NCBI GenBank assembly: GCA_964291625.2
Contig: OZ220089.1
Span: 2,560,001 to 2,624,000, forward strand
DNA length: 64,000 nucleotides
Origin: Candidatus Latescibacterota bacterium
GTDB taxonomy: Bacteria > Latescibacterota > UBA2968 > UBA8231
Reading direction: 5' to 3'
In this document: in pieces, positions 21,553-31,244 of the stretch
Position numbering within the stretch: the first letter of the stretch is position 1
Layout of the letters: every line of letters begins with the position of its first letter
Notes under the pieces: generated by a model
Told to the model about the DNA's origin: nothing
What the model saw: the letters and a program-made list of their open reading frames with translations, nothing else
Database searches by the model: none
Program-made: the position numbers and the translations under genes

Positions 21553-22383
21553 ATGCGCTTCTGGCGGCCCTCGAGCCGGCTCCCCTACCTGGGACGGGTC
21601 CTGTTCCACGACGAGGACGATCACGGTCCCATCGACGTGGTGGAGGAGGAAGACGGCTCGCTGCGGTCCCTGCAGTTCGGCAGCTCGGCCCGGCAGAGCA
21701 CGATGTTGGTGGACCGACCGGAGGAGCTGACGCTGGAGTACACGCGCTGCCTCATGTCGGCCCTGGTCCTGCGCGAAGCCCCGCCCGCGCGGGCCCTGAT
21801 GCTGGGCCTGGGGGGCGGCTCTCTCGTGAAGTTCCTGCTGCGCCACCTGCCCGGCTGCCGGGTCGAAGTGGTGGAGCTGCGCCGGCAGATCGTGGAGGTG
21901 GCGCAGCGCTTCTTCTCCCTTCCCCGGGCCCACGACCGGCTCCGGATCCACGTCACCGACGGCCGCCGCTTCCTCCTCGAGCACACCGGGGAGCCTTACG
22001 ACCTCGTCCTCCTGGACCTGCACACCGGCCAGGGCATGGCGCCGGTCGTCCGGGAGGAGGACTTCCTTCCCGCCTGCCGCCGGGCAACGGCCGACGGCGG
22101 CGTGTTCTCGGCGAACCTGTGGTACGGCTTCGACAGGGATCTGCAGGACCGCGTCCACCGGCTCCTGCATTCCTCCTTCGACCGGGTCCTGAGTCTGCCG
22201 GTGCCGGGCCGCAGCAACCACGTCGCCCATGGACTGGTGGGCGGGCGGGTGCCCGCGGCCGGGACACTGGAGCACCGGGCCAGGGTCTGGCAGAGGCGGG
22301 CGGGGTTGCCAATGCCCGAGCTGACCCGGCTGCTGATCCGCCACAACGGAATCGAGTCGAGCCGGGAAGGGGGAGAGAAGTGA
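21553..22383 (+). CDS. Spermidine synthase-like class I SAM-dependent transferase
   Basis: QSTM..D.P..L..EYT, LGLGGGSL, VEL, DGRRFL, YDLVLLD. Confidence 0.85.
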   Translation: MRFWRPSSRLPYLGRVLFHDEDDHGPIDVVEEEDGSLRSLQFGSSARQSTMLVDRPEELTLEYTRCLMSALVLREAPPARALMLGLGGGSLVKFLLRHLPGCRVEVVELRRQIVEVAQRFFSLPRAHDRLRIHVTDGRRFLLEHTGEPYDLVLLDLHTGQGMAPVVREEDFLPACRRATADGGVFSANLWYGFDRDLQDRVHRLLHSSFDRVLSLPVPGRSNHVAHGLVGGRVPAAGTLEHRARVWQRRAGLPMPELTRLLIRHNGIESSREGGEK

Positions 22384-24356
22384 CGACGGTGAACGAGAAG
22401 ACCGGGCTGCGGGCGGGCGCGATACGGTCAATGCCTCTCGTGCTTCTGCTGGCGGTGCCCGGTGAGGGCCTGCAGGTCGACGGCTTCACCAGCGAGGCGG
22501 TCGAGGAGGCTGTGCTCTCAGCGTCGGATGGGGACACCCTGCTCTTCCCGGCGGGCGAGTACGTCTTCACCGGGACAGTCGCGATCGACCGGAGCCTGAC
22601 CCTTCGCGGAGCGGCGCAGCTGATGGATGTGGGCGTGGTCGAGCCGGGAGAGCCGAACGACCCGCCGTACTGGGAGGGTACTCCCTCCGTGTGCCTGACC
22701 AGAGACCCCGACCTCGTGCTCTTCCAGGTGGAGAGCGACGGCGTGACCTTCGAGCGCCTGAAGCTGGTGGGAGCGATCACCCATGAGGAGGGCAGCGGAG
22801 ACGGCATCACCGTCCTGGATCACGACCGGCTCGTGGTGCGAAACTGCGAGATCACCCGTTTCCGCCAGGGCGTCGCCTTCAGGAACTCCCGCCGGAGCGT
22901 GGTGACCGGCAGCTACCTGCACGAGAACTACCGCAACGGCTTCGGCTACGGGGTCAGCATCACCGGTCCGGTGATGGCCACGGGCGGTTCCGAGGTGTCG
23001 ATCCACCGCAACGAGTTCACCTTCAACCGCCACTCGATCGCCTCCAACAGTCCCGAGACGCGCTTTACGGTGGAGAGCAACTACTTCCACGACAACGACC
23101 TGGTGGAGTGGCAGGCGTGTGTCGATACCCACGCCCAGGGCGGCTACACCATTCGGGCGGTGGTGCGCGACAACATCTTCGAGCGCACCCGGCCCATGGC
23201 CTTCAAGAGCGGCAGCCTGGAGATCACGGGCAACTACTTCGACCCCGGCTGCGGCGACTACTCGGTGGGCGGGTACTCCCGCATGCTCGATTTCAGCATC
23301 CCCACCCACAACGGGGAGTTCGTCCCCCAGGCGATCCTCCACGACATCTACATCGCCGACAACGTGAACGCCACGGACCCGTGGCGCCGGCTGCTCTGGG
23401 TCGACGACTGGGACTACGAGGGGGAGACGAAGTTCGTGGCCTACAACGTCTTCGTCGACGGCCGGCTCTTCAGGCACAACAGCGCCCTGAGCTCGGCACC
23501 CTGGCACCCCTTCCCCGACTCGAGCGCCAGCCCCTTCGTGGGACATGTGTACGTCACCCTTCCGGACTCGGAAGAGCGCGTCCGCCGCATCGAGGCCGGC
23601 CCCTGGTACGACCTGCACGCCCTGGCTGTGGACCCGCAGGGCTGGGAGGACATCGTCGAGATCGGGGTGCAGATCGCCCGAACCCGGAGCCTCCCTCCCG
23701 ACCCGGAGGACCGCCTCCGGCAGCAGGACTTCTCGGCCGTGGAGAGCTACTTCATCCGCGGCACCGGGAGTTCCCTGCACTCGCGGGAGACCGAGGGCTC
23801 ACCCGACTGGAGCGACGTCACCGGAGTCGAGGGGTCCTACGTCGATGGCGCTTCGAGCAAGTGGTCCGGCCGCGGCAGCCACCGCGTTCGCCTGAGGACC
23901 AGATTCCGCCTGTCGGACCAGGCCTTCGGCGGAACCTGGCGGATCTTCGGATACGCACGCGACCAGGACGGGAATCTGCCGGTGGCGCCCTGGCACGAGC
24001 AGCTGGAGGGCTGGCCCATCGAGGTGGAGGGTGCGCCCGAAGTGGCGACGTCGATCACCGGCCCGGGGGGCGGCCATGGTACTGCGCCCCGAGGGGCCAC
24101 GCTCGACGAGATCTACCCCAATCCCTTCAACCCCGCGGCCACGATCCGCTTCAACCTTCCCGCGCCGCAGCAGGTCACTCTGTCGATCTACACACTCAAC
24201 GGACAGCTCGCCGAAACCCTGCTCAGGGGGCCCAGGGGCGCCGGCAGCCATTCCGTCAGATGGGACGCTTCCGGACGGGCCTCGGGGATCTACCTTTGCC
24301 GGTTGGAGGCGGAGGGCGGGGTCTCCCGGGTGAGGAAGATGGTCCTGGTCAGGTGA
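22380..24356 (+). CDS. Secreted right-handed beta-helix protein with C-terminal T9SS type-A/FlgD-like domain (paralog 1)
   Basis: GDTLLFPAGEY beta-helix cap, Asn-ladder repeats (VRNCEI, HRNEF, ESNYF, RDNIF), C-terminal IYPNPFNP...WDASGRASGIYLCRL...RKMVLVR. Confidence 0.85.
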   Translation: MTTVNEKTGLRAGAIRSMPLVLLLAVPGEGLQVDGFTSEAVEEAVLSASDGDTLLFPAGEYVFTGTVAIDRSLTLRGAAQLMDVGVVEPGEPNDPPYWEGTPSVCLTRDPDLVLFQVESDGVTFERLKLVGAITHEEGSGDGITVLDHDRLVVRNCEITRFRQGVAFRNSRRSVVTGSYLHENYRNGFGYGVSITGPVMATGGSEVSIHRNEFTFNRHSIASNSPETRFTVESNYFHDNDLVEWQACVDTHAQGGYTIRAVVRDNIFERTRPMAFKSGSLEITGNYFDPGCGDYSVGGYSRMLDFSIPTHNGEFVPQAILHDIYIADNVNATDPWRRLLWVDDWDYEGETKFVAYNVFVDGRLFRHNSALSSAPWHPFPDSSASPFVGHVYVTLPDSEERVRRIEAGPWYDLHALAVDPQGWEDIVEIGVQIARTRSLPPDPEDRLRQQDFSAVESYFIRGTGSSLHSRETEGSPDWSDVTGVEGSYVDGASSKWSGRGSHRVRLRTRFRLSDQAFGGTWRIFGYARDQDGNLPVAPWHEQLEGWPIEVEGAPEVATSITGPGGGHGTAPRGATLDEIYPNPFNPAATIRFNLPAPQQVTLSIYTLNGQLAETLLRGPRGAGSHSVRWDASGRASGIYLCRLEAEGGVSRVRKMVLVR

Positions 24357-24429
24357 GCCCCTGACTACGGGTCGACCCGCGGCCGACCCGCCGCAAAGCG
24401 GGCTGGCGGCCAGCAGCGAGGAGAGAGTC

Positions 24430-25947
24430 ATGACTCCGAAGGGGAGGATCGAAACGAAGGCCGGGGCGCAGGCGGTGCGCGTGCTGCCCCTCCTGCTCCT
24501 GCTCGCGGGGCCCGCCCCGGGCCTGCAGGTCGAGGGCTTCACCAGCGACGCGGTTCAGGAGGCCGTGAACGCGGCTTCTGCCGGGGACACCCTGTTCTTT
24601 CCGCCGGGGGAGTACGCCTTCACCGGGACGGTCGTCATCGACCGGAGCCTGACCCTCCGCGGAGCCGCCGAGCTCCTGGACGTGGGCGTGGTCGAGCCGG
24701 GCGAGCCGAACGACCCGCCGTACTGGAGCGGCCCTGCCTCCGTGTGCCTGACGGAAGACCCGGACCTGCGCCTCTTCCGGGTGGAGAGCGACGACGTGAC
24801 CTTCGAGCGCCTGAAGCTGGCGGGAGTGGTCACCCACGAGACGGGGACCTGCGAGGGAATCTCGGTCCATGGGCATGACCGGCTCGTGGTGCGCAACTGC
24901 GAGATCACCCGCTTCCTCCGGGGAATCGACCTCAGGAACTCGCGGCGGAGCGTCGTCACCGGGAGCTACCTGCACGAGAACTACCGCAACGGCTACGGCT
25001 ACGGGGTCGCCATCTCCGGGCCGACCATGGAGTCCGGCGGTTCCGAGGTCTCCATCTACCGCAACGAGTTCACCCTCAACCGTCACGGCATCGCCTCCAA
25101 CAGCCCCCAAACGCGCTTCACGGTGGAGGACAACTACTTCCACGACAACGATCTGGTGCAGGGGCAGGCGTGTGTCGACATCCACCCCCAGGGCGGCTAC
25201 ACCATTCGCGCCGTGGTGCGCGACAACATCTTCGAGCGCACCACGCCGATGGGCTTCAAGAGCGGCAGCATCGAGATCACGGGCAACTACATCGACCCCG
25301 GCTGCGGCGACTACGAGGTGGGCGGGTACTCGCGCATGCTCGACTTCGGACCGCCCACGCACAACGGCAACTTCATCCCCCAGGCGATCCTCCACGACAT
25401 CTACATCGCCGACAACGTGAACGACACCGATCCCTGGCGCCGGCTGCTGTGGATCTACGACTGGGAGTACGAGGGCGAGACCCGGTTCGTGGCCTACAAC
25501 GTCTTCGTCGACGGCCGGCTCTTCAAGCACAACAGCGCCATGGACAACGCGCCCTGGCACCCTACCCCGGCGAGAGCCCCAGACCCTTCGTCGGACAGAT
25601 CTACGTCACCCTCGCCGACTCCGACGAGCGGGTCCGCCGCATCGAGGCCGGCCCCTGGTACGACCTGCACGCCCTGGCCGTGGACCCCCAGGGCTGGAGG
25701 GACATCGCCGAGATCGGCGTGCAGATCGCCCGCACCCGGAGCCTGCCCGGGAATCGGGAGGACCGCCTCCAGCAGCAGGATTTCTCCGCCGCAGAGAGCT
25801 ACTTCATCCGCGGTACCAGGGACTCCCTCCACTCCCGGGAGACCGAGGGGTCGCCCCACTGGAGCGATGTCACCGGCGCAGAGGGATCCTACGTCGACGG
25901 CGCCGCGAGCAAGTGGTCGGGCCGCGGCCTCCACCGCGTTCGTCTGA
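24430..25947 (+). CDS. Beta-helix protein paralog 2, N-terminal fragment (frameshift at ~25560)
   Basis: Colinear with paralog 1 up to NAPWHP, after which homology continues in another frame. Confidence 0.8.
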   Translation: MTPKGRIETKAGAQAVRVLPLLLLLAGPAPGLQVEGFTSDAVQEAVNAASAGDTLFFPPGEYAFTGTVVIDRSLTLRGAAELLDVGVVEPGEPNDPPYWSGPASVCLTEDPDLRLFRVESDDVTFERLKLAGVVTHETGTCEGISVHGHDRLVVRNCEITRFLRGIDLRNSRRSVVTGSYLHENYRNGYGYGVAISGPTMESGGSEVSIYRNEFTLNRHGIASNSPQTRFTVEDNYFHDNDLVQGQACVDIHPQGGYTIRAVVRDNIFERTTPMGFKSGSIEITGNYIDPGCGDYEVGGYSRMLDFGPPTHNGNFIPQAILHDIYIADNVNDTDPWRRLLWIYDWEYEGETRFVAYNVFVDGRLFKHNSAMDNAPWHPTPARAPDPSSDRSTSPSPTPTSGSAASRPAPGTTCTPWPWTPRAGGTSPRSACRSPAPGACPGIGRTASSSRISPPQRATSSAVPGTPSTPGRPRGRPTGAMSPAQRDPTSTAPRASGRAAASTAFV

Positions 25948-26408
25948 GGGCGCGGTTCCGGCTGTCGGAGCGGGCCGTCGGCGGAACCTGGCGGATCTTC
26001 GGCTACGCAAGGGACCAGGACGGCAACCTGCCGATCCCGGCCTGGCACGAGCAACTCGAGGGCTGGCCCATCGAGGTGGAGGGCCTGGAGGAGGGGCCCG
26101 CGACGTCGGTCGCTACCCCCGCCGCGCAAGGGGCTGCACCGGTGTGGGCGAAGCTGGACGAGATCTACCCCAATCCGTTCAACCCGGCCGCCACCATCCG
26201 CTTCACCCTCGCCGAGCCGCGGAAGGTCACGCTGTCGATCCACGCCCTCAACGGGCAACTCGCCGAGGTCCTGTTCAGCGGGCCCAGGAGGGCCGGCAGC
26301 CACTCCCTTCGCTGGGACGCTTCCGGGCGGGCTTCGGGGCTGTACCTGTGCCGCCTGGAGGCGGAGGGACAGGTCTCGCAGGTGAGGAAGATGGTTCTGG
26401 TGCGGTGA
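25563..26408 (+). CDS. Beta-helix protein paralog 2, C-terminal fragment with T9SS-type domain
   Basis: YPGESPRPFVGQIYV...IYPNPFNP...RKMVLVR matches the paralog 1 C-terminal half; one C is missing at 25560-25562. Confidence 0.8.
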   Translation, partial: YPGESPRPFVGQIYVTLADSDERVRRIEAGPWYDLHALAVDPQGWRDIAEIGVQIARTRSLPGNREDRLQQQDFSAAESYFIRGTRDSLHSRETEGSPHWSDVTGAEGSYVDGAASKWSGRGLHRVRLRARFRLSERAVGGTWRIFGYARDQDGNLPIPAWHEQLEGWPIEVEGLEEGPATSVATPAAQGAAPVWAKLDEIYPNPFNPAATIRFTLAEPRKVTLSIHALNGQLAEVLFSGPRRAGSHSLRWDASGRASGLYLCRLEAEGQVSQVRKMVLVR

Positions 26409-26421
26409 GCGGCGGAAGCGT

Positions 26422-29292
26422 TCAGCCGGCGGCGGCCGGGTCGCCGTTGCGGCCGTTGGCCCCGGGGGCCGGGACCTTCTTGAGCCGCACGGCGCAGACC
26501 TTGTACTCCGGGCAGCCCGTGTACTCGTCCTTGCCCTCGCCGGTGAGGAGGTTCGTCCTCGACTCGGGGAAGTGGAAGGTCATGAAGACCGTCCCCCGGT
26601 TCGAGGCCCGCGTCACCTCGGCGTGCACCGTCACCGCCCCGCGGCGCGACTCCACCTCCACGAGGTCGCCGGTCCGCAGGCCGAGCCGCCGGGCGTCGCC
26701 GGGGTGGATCCGCAGGGTCTCCTCGGCGGCCTTGTTCAGCTTCGAAAGGTCGGTGCGGCGGGTCATCGTCCCCACGTTGTAGTGGAAGAGCTGGCGGCCC
26801 GTGGTCAGCATCCACGGGTAGTCGTCGTCGGGCAGCTCCGCGGGGGGCTGCCAGGGCGTGGGCGTGAGGCGCGCCCGGCCGCGCAGGAAGGCGCCGTCTC
26901 GATGGACGATGTCGCTGCCCGGGTCGTCGGCGTCGACGCAGGGCCACTGCAGGAACCCCTTCTCTTCCAGGCGGGCGTAGCTGACGCCCCGCCACAGCGG
27001 GCTCAGGCCGGCCACCTCGTCCATCACCTTCGAGGGATCGACGCGGCCCTCGGCGTCGGCGAAGCCGAGGTCGACTCCCATGCGCCGGCCGATCTCGTGG
27101 ACGACATCGCCGTCGACGCGCACCCCCTCCAGCGGCTCGATGGCGGGGCGCACCCGCTGGATGCGGCGGTCGGAGTTGACGAAGGTGCCCGACTTCTCGA
27201 GGAAGGTCGTGCCCGGCAGCACCACGTCGGCCAGCTCGGCGGTGGGGGTCATGAAGATCTCCTGCACCACCAGGAAGTCGAGGCTCTCCAGGGCCCCCAC
27301 CACGTGGGTCGTGTCGGGGTCGGACTGGGCCACGTCCTCGGCGAGGATGTACATCGCCTTGAGGGTCCCGGCGTGGGCGGCGTCGAACATGTCGGGGATG
27401 CGCAGGCCGGTGTTGTCGGGCGGCTCCACCCCCCAGATCTCGGCGTGCTCGGCGCGCGCCACCGGGTCGGTGACCGGCCGGTAGTCGGAGAACACGTTCG
27501 GCAGGGCCCCCACGTCCGAGGCGCCCTGCACGTTGTTCTGCCCGCGGATCGGGCAGGCGCCGGTTCCCGGCCGGCCGATGTTGCCGGTCATGACCGCCAT
27601 GTTGATCATGCCGAAGACGGCGTTGGAGCCGTGCCCCGCCTCGGTGACCCCCAGCCCCCACAGGATCTGCGAGGCCTGGCCGGAGGCGTAGAGCCGGGCC
27701 GCCCGGCGGATCAGGTCCGGGTCGATGGCGGCGATCTCCGCCGCCCACTCGGGGGTGCACCCGGCCACCGTGGACCGCACCTCCTCGAGCCCCTCGGCGC
27801 AGCGGCCGATGAACTCGGGGTCGATGAGGTCCTCCTCGATGAGCACGTGCTGCAGGGCGTTGATGACGGCCACGTTCGAGCCCGGCCTCACCGGCAGGTG
27901 CAGGTCGGCCAGGCGCGCGATCTCGGTGTTGCGGGGATCGAGGACGATGAGCCTGCAGCCGGCGAGCACGGCCTGCTTGATGCGGGCGCCGAAGACGGGG
28001 TGCGCCTCGGTCGGGTTGGCGCCGACGATGACCAGCACGTCCGAGTCGGCCACGTCCTGGAAGCTGTTGGTGCCGGCGCCGGTTCCGAGGGCCTGGCCGA
28101 GGGCGTAGGACGACGGCGAGTGGCAGACGCGCGAGCAGTTGTCGATGGAGTTGGTCCCCAGCCCGACCCGGGCCAGCTTCTGCATCAGGTAGTTCTCCTC
28201 GTTGGTGCAGCGCGACGAGGAGATGAGGGCCACCGCGTCGGGGCCGTGCTCGCGGGCGATGCCGCCGAGCCTGGAGGCGACCAGGTCGAGGGCCTCCTCC
28301 CAGCCGGCCTCGCGGAAGCCGCCGTTCTCGCGGATCAGGGGCGTCCGCAGGCGGTCGTCGGAGTGGGCGAACTGGTGGGCGAAGCGGCCCTTCACGCAGG
28401 TGTGGCCGAGGTTGGCGGACCCGGACTTCGAGGGTGTGATGTTGACCACCTGGCCGTCCTTGGTGTGCACGTCCAGGGCGCAGCCGACGCCGCAGTAGGA
28501 GCAGGTGGTGGTCGTCGTCTCGTCGGGCAGCCCGAAGCCGCGCGTGCCGGGCTCCTCGAGGGCGGCCACGGGACACTCGAAGACGCACTGGCCGCAACTG
28601 ACGCAGTCGGCCTCCTCGAAGCCGGTGTCGTTGCCGGCGATCACCTTGGTGTCGTAGCCGCGGCCCGACATCTGCAGGATGAAGGAGCCCTGCACCTCGT
28701 CGCAGGCGCGCACGCACCGGGCGCAGCCGATGCACTTGTCCATCTCTAGCTTGATGAAGGGATGGGAGTCGTCCGGCTCCGGGTCGTGGGTGCGGGGGTT
28801 CTCGTAGCGCGGCGTGCGCAGGCCGACCTGCTGGGCCAGGGTCTGCAGCTCGCAGCGGCCGTTGGCCGTGCAGTCGAGGCACTCCAGGGGGTGGTCGGAG
28901 ACGATCAGCTCGGTGATGTTGCGGCGCAGACGGGTGATCAGCGGCGAGGAGGTGCGGTAGCTGGCGCCGTCGGCGACCGGCGTGTGGCAGGCGGCCACGG
29001 GCTTGCGGCCCTCGTGCTCCACGAGGCAGGTCCGGCAGGCGCCGTAGGGCTTCATGCGGTCGGAGTAGCACAGGGTGGGGACCGACTTGCCCAGGGCCTG
29101 GATCGCCTCGAGGACAGTGCTGCCCTCGTCGACACGCAGCGACTGCCCGTCGATGGTCACGGAGAGCCGCGCCGGCCTTGGCTCGACCGCTTTCGCCCGT
29201 TCTGCGAGGATCGCCTGCCCGACCTCGACGGGGCTCCTCGTGTCCTGCTCCAGCACGGAGTTGTGAACGGAACCACCCGAAACTGTCGACAT
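26422..29292 (-). CDS. fdhF: Formate dehydrogenase alpha subunit (FdsA/FdhF-like; Mo/W-bisPGD, Fe-S)
   Basis: N-terminal 2Fe-2S (PTLCY..GACRTC), ferredoxin CxxCxxC motifs, CSYCGVGC, CVKGRF, NCSRVCH (Cys, not Sec), RGQNNVQG. Confidence 0.93.
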   Translation of the reverse strand: MSTVSGGSVHNSVLEQDTRSPVEVGQAILAERAKAVEPRPARLSVTIDGQSLRVDEGSTVLEAIQALGKSVPTLCYSDRMKPYGACRTCLVEHEGRKPVAACHTPVADGASYRTSSPLITRLRRNITELIVSDHPLECLDCTANGRCELQTLAQQVGLRTPRYENPRTHDPEPDDSHPFIKLEMDKCIGCARCVRACDEVQGSFILQMSGRGYDTKVIAGNDTGFEEADCVSCGQCVFECPVAALEEPGTRGFGLPDETTTTTCSYCGVGCALDVHTKDGQVVNITPSKSGSANLGHTCVKGRFAHQFAHSDDRLRTPLIRENGGFREAGWEEALDLVASRLGGIAREHGPDAVALISSSRCTNEENYLMQKLARVGLGTNSIDNCSRVCHSPSSYALGQALGTGAGTNSFQDVADSDVLVIVGANPTEAHPVFGARIKQAVLAGCRLIVLDPRNTEIARLADLHLPVRPGSNVAVINALQHVLIEEDLIDPEFIGRCAEGLEEVRSTVAGCTPEWAAEIAAIDPDLIRRAARLYASGQASQILWGLGVTEAGHGSNAVFGMINMAVMTGNIGRPGTGACPIRGQNNVQGASDVGALPNVFSDYRPVTDPVARAEHAEIWGVEPPDNTGLRIPDMFDAAHAGTLKAMYILAEDVAQSDPDTTHVVGALESLDFLVVQEIFMTPTAELADVVLPGTTFLEKSGTFVNSDRRIQRVRPAIEPLEGVRVDGDVVHEIGRRMGVDLGFADAEGRVDPSKVMDEVAGLSPLWRGVSYARLEEKGFLQWPCVDADDPGSDIVHRDGAFLRGRARLTPTPWQPPAELPDDDYPWMLTTGRQLFHYNVGTMTRRTDLSKLNKAAEETLRIHPGDARRLGLRTGDLVEVESRRGAVTVHAEVTRASNRGTVFMTFHFPESRTNLLTGEGKDEYTGCPEYKVCAVRLKKVPAPGANGRNGDPAAAG

Positions 29293-29311
29293 CGCTTGCC
29301 TGCCTCTGTTG

Positions 29312-30400
29312 TCAGCCCGCCGGCTCGCGGCGGTAGCGGTCAAGCTCCGCCGGGAAGTGCTCCACGAGGGACTCGATCGGCGCCGGCGTCAGCCCTCCCA
29401 TGGCGCACAGGCTGCCGAACTTCATCGTCTCGCAGAGATCGCCGAGCAGCTCCAGCCGCTGATCGGTGACGCCGCTTTCCATCATCTGATCGAAGAGCTC
29501 GGTGCCGCGCACGGCGCCGATTCGACAGGGAAAGCACTTGCCGCAGCTCTCCACGGCGCAGAAGTGGAACAGGCCGCGGCCGATCTTCACGAGGTCGTCC
29601 TCCTGCGAGTAGACGACGATGCCGCCGTGGCCCAGCAGGGCCCCGGCGGCGGCCATGGCCTCGAACTCCAGCGGCGTGTCGAGCAGCGGCTCCGGCAACA
29701 GGCCGCCGAGGGGGCCGCCCACCTGCACCGCCTTGAAGGCCTGTCCGTCGGCCATGCCGCCGGCCTTCCGGAAGATCACCTCGCGGAGGGTGGTGCCGAG
29801 CTCGACCTCGTAGAGCCCGGGCCGCCGCACCCGCGAGTTGAGGCTCAGGAGCTTGGTGCCCCGCGAGCTCTCGCTGCCGAGGGCCGCGTAGGCGTCGCCG
29901 CCGTGCTCGACGATCCAGGGGAGGTTGTGGATCGTCTCCACGTTGTTGACCGCCGTCGGGCAGCGCCACAGACCCTCCTGGGCCGGGAAGGGTGGCCGCG
30001 TGCCGACCAGCGCCGGCAGGCCCTCCAGCGAGCGCAGCAGGCTCGTCTCCTCCCCGCAGATGTAGGCGCCCTGCCCCCGGACCACGGTGATCTCGCAGTC
30101 CTCGAGGAACCCGGCGGCGCGGGCCTCGGCCACGGCCTGCTCGAGGACCCGCCGGGCCCGGGGGTACTCGAAACGGGCGTAGATCCAGGCGTGCCGGGCG
30201 CCGGTGGCGTAAGCGGCCAGCAGCACGCCCTCGATCTGGGTGTGGGGGTCGCGCTCGATCAGCTCCTTGTCGATGTAGGCCCCGGCGTCGCCCTCGTCGA
30301 AGTTGACGACCACGAAGCGCCGGCCCGAGCCGTCCGGGGCCTCGCTGTCGGCCACCGTCTGCAGCTTGACCCCGGCCGGGAACCCGGCGCCGCCGCGCCC
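29312..30400 (-). CDS. NADH-binding NuoF/FdsB-like domain; C-terminal part of a NuoE-NuoF fusion
   Basis: NFDEGDAG, GAYICGEETSLL, NNVET, ESCGKCFPCRIG, SLCAMG. Confidence 0.88.
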   Translation of the reverse strand, partial: GRGGAGFPAGVKLQTVADSEAPDGSGRRFVVVNFDEGDAGAYIDKELIERDPHTQIEGVLLAAYATGARHAWIYARFEYPRARRVLEQAVAEARAAGFLEDCEITVVRGQGAYICGEETSLLRSLEGLPALVGTRPPFPAQEGLWRCPTAVNNVETIHNLPWIVEHGGDAYAALGSESSRGTKLLSLNSRVRRPGLYEVELGTTLREVIFRKAGGMADGQAFKAVQVGGPLGGLLPEPLLDTPLEFEAMAAAGALLGHGGIVVYSQEDDLVKIGRGLFHFCAVESCGKCFPCRIGAVRGTELFDQMMESGVTDQRLELLGDLCETMKFGSLCAMGGLTPAPIESLVEHFPAELDRYRREPAG

Positions 30401-31053
30401 CGCAGCTGGCTGGCCTTGACTTCGTCGATCACCTCCTGCGGCGTCATGGAGGAGAGGGCCTTCTCGAGCCCTGAGTAGATGCCGCGGGTCCTCGCCTGGT
30501 CCAGGCCCGCGACCTCGTGGCCGGCGTGGCGCAGCAGCACGCAGGGCTCGCCGTCGTCCGGCGGGTAGACGGCGTTGACCGGTTCCTGGAGGCTGTGCTC
30601 CCCGGAGCCGCGGACGTGGTCGAGGGCGTCTTCCAGTGAGCCGCTGCCGGCGAGGGACAGGGGCTCGCCGTCGACCATGGCGTTGGGCCCGAGGCCGCAG
30701 TAGCCGAGACAGGCCACGTGCTCGAGGCGGGCCCCCTCGGGGGAGACATCTCCGGCCTCGATTCCGAGGGCGTCTTCGCAGCGGGAGAGGACGGCGTCGC
30801 AGCCGGCGGCCCGGCAGGCTTCGCCGATGCAGATCTTGAGGGAATGCTCGGCCGGCCGGTCCTGCCCTAGCTCGTCGTAGAACCTGGCCGTGGCGCGCAC
30901 GTGGGACGGCGGCAGGTTGTGGTCCCGGGCCAGCCTCAGGATGTCGTCGTCGGTGACCGCCCCCTGCCGCTCGTGGATGCGGGCCAGCTCGTCGTAGACG
31001 GTCCGGCCCTCACCGAGAAACTTGTTCTGCAGGGCGATGAGGTTGCGGGACAT
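30259..31053 (-). CDS. NuoE/FdsG-like 2Fe-2S domain plus start of NuoF; N-terminal part of the fusion (frameshift at ~30400)
   Basis: TARFY, CIGEAC and CLGYCGLGP NuoE motifs. The SQLRG(RGGAGFP) motif is broken by a missing G in the run at 30398-30401. Confidence 0.85.
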   Translation of the reverse strand: MSRNLIALQNKFLGEGRTVYDELARIHERQGAVTDDDILRLARDHNLPPSHVRATARFYDELGQDRPAEHSLKICIGEACRAAGCDAVLSRCEDALGIEAGDVSPEGARLEHVACLGYCGLGPNAMVDGEPLSLAGSGSLEDALDHVRGSGEHSLQEPVNAVYPPDDGEPCVLLRHAGHEVAGLDQARTRGIYSGLEKALSSMTPQEVIDEVKASQLRGAAAPGSRPGSSCRRWPTARPRTARAGASWSSTSTRATPGPTSTRS

Positions 31054-31244
31054 GGGCAGGGGAGGGCGAATGGGAGGTTGGGGAGAGGGCCGGGGCGGGG
31101 AGCCGGCGCGGAATCGCGGGTGTCTCGTAAACTAATGATGGACTCTAGGGCGAGAAAGAGGGCTGCCCGCGGCACCCTGACGGCAGGGCGGACCTTGGCT
31201 CCAGTGGAAGCGGCGGTGTACCTGTGGCAGGTGCGCGGGAGAGT

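Noticed and set aside
24357-24429. GC hairpin between the two beta-helix paralogs as a terminator or REP element
   Set aside because: No U-tract and no other copies noticed in the window.
28120-28145. Selenocysteine in the FDH active site
   Set aside because: The motif reads NCSRVCH with a TGC codon and there is no in-frame TGA.
31054-31244. Possible Moco/Wco riboswitch upstream of the FDH operon (AGGGTGCC...GGCAGCCCT hairpin on the minus strand)
   Set aside because: Lacks the GAAA tetraloop, CCUAAG receptor and SD-pairing stem; a single GC hairpin is not sufficient evidence.
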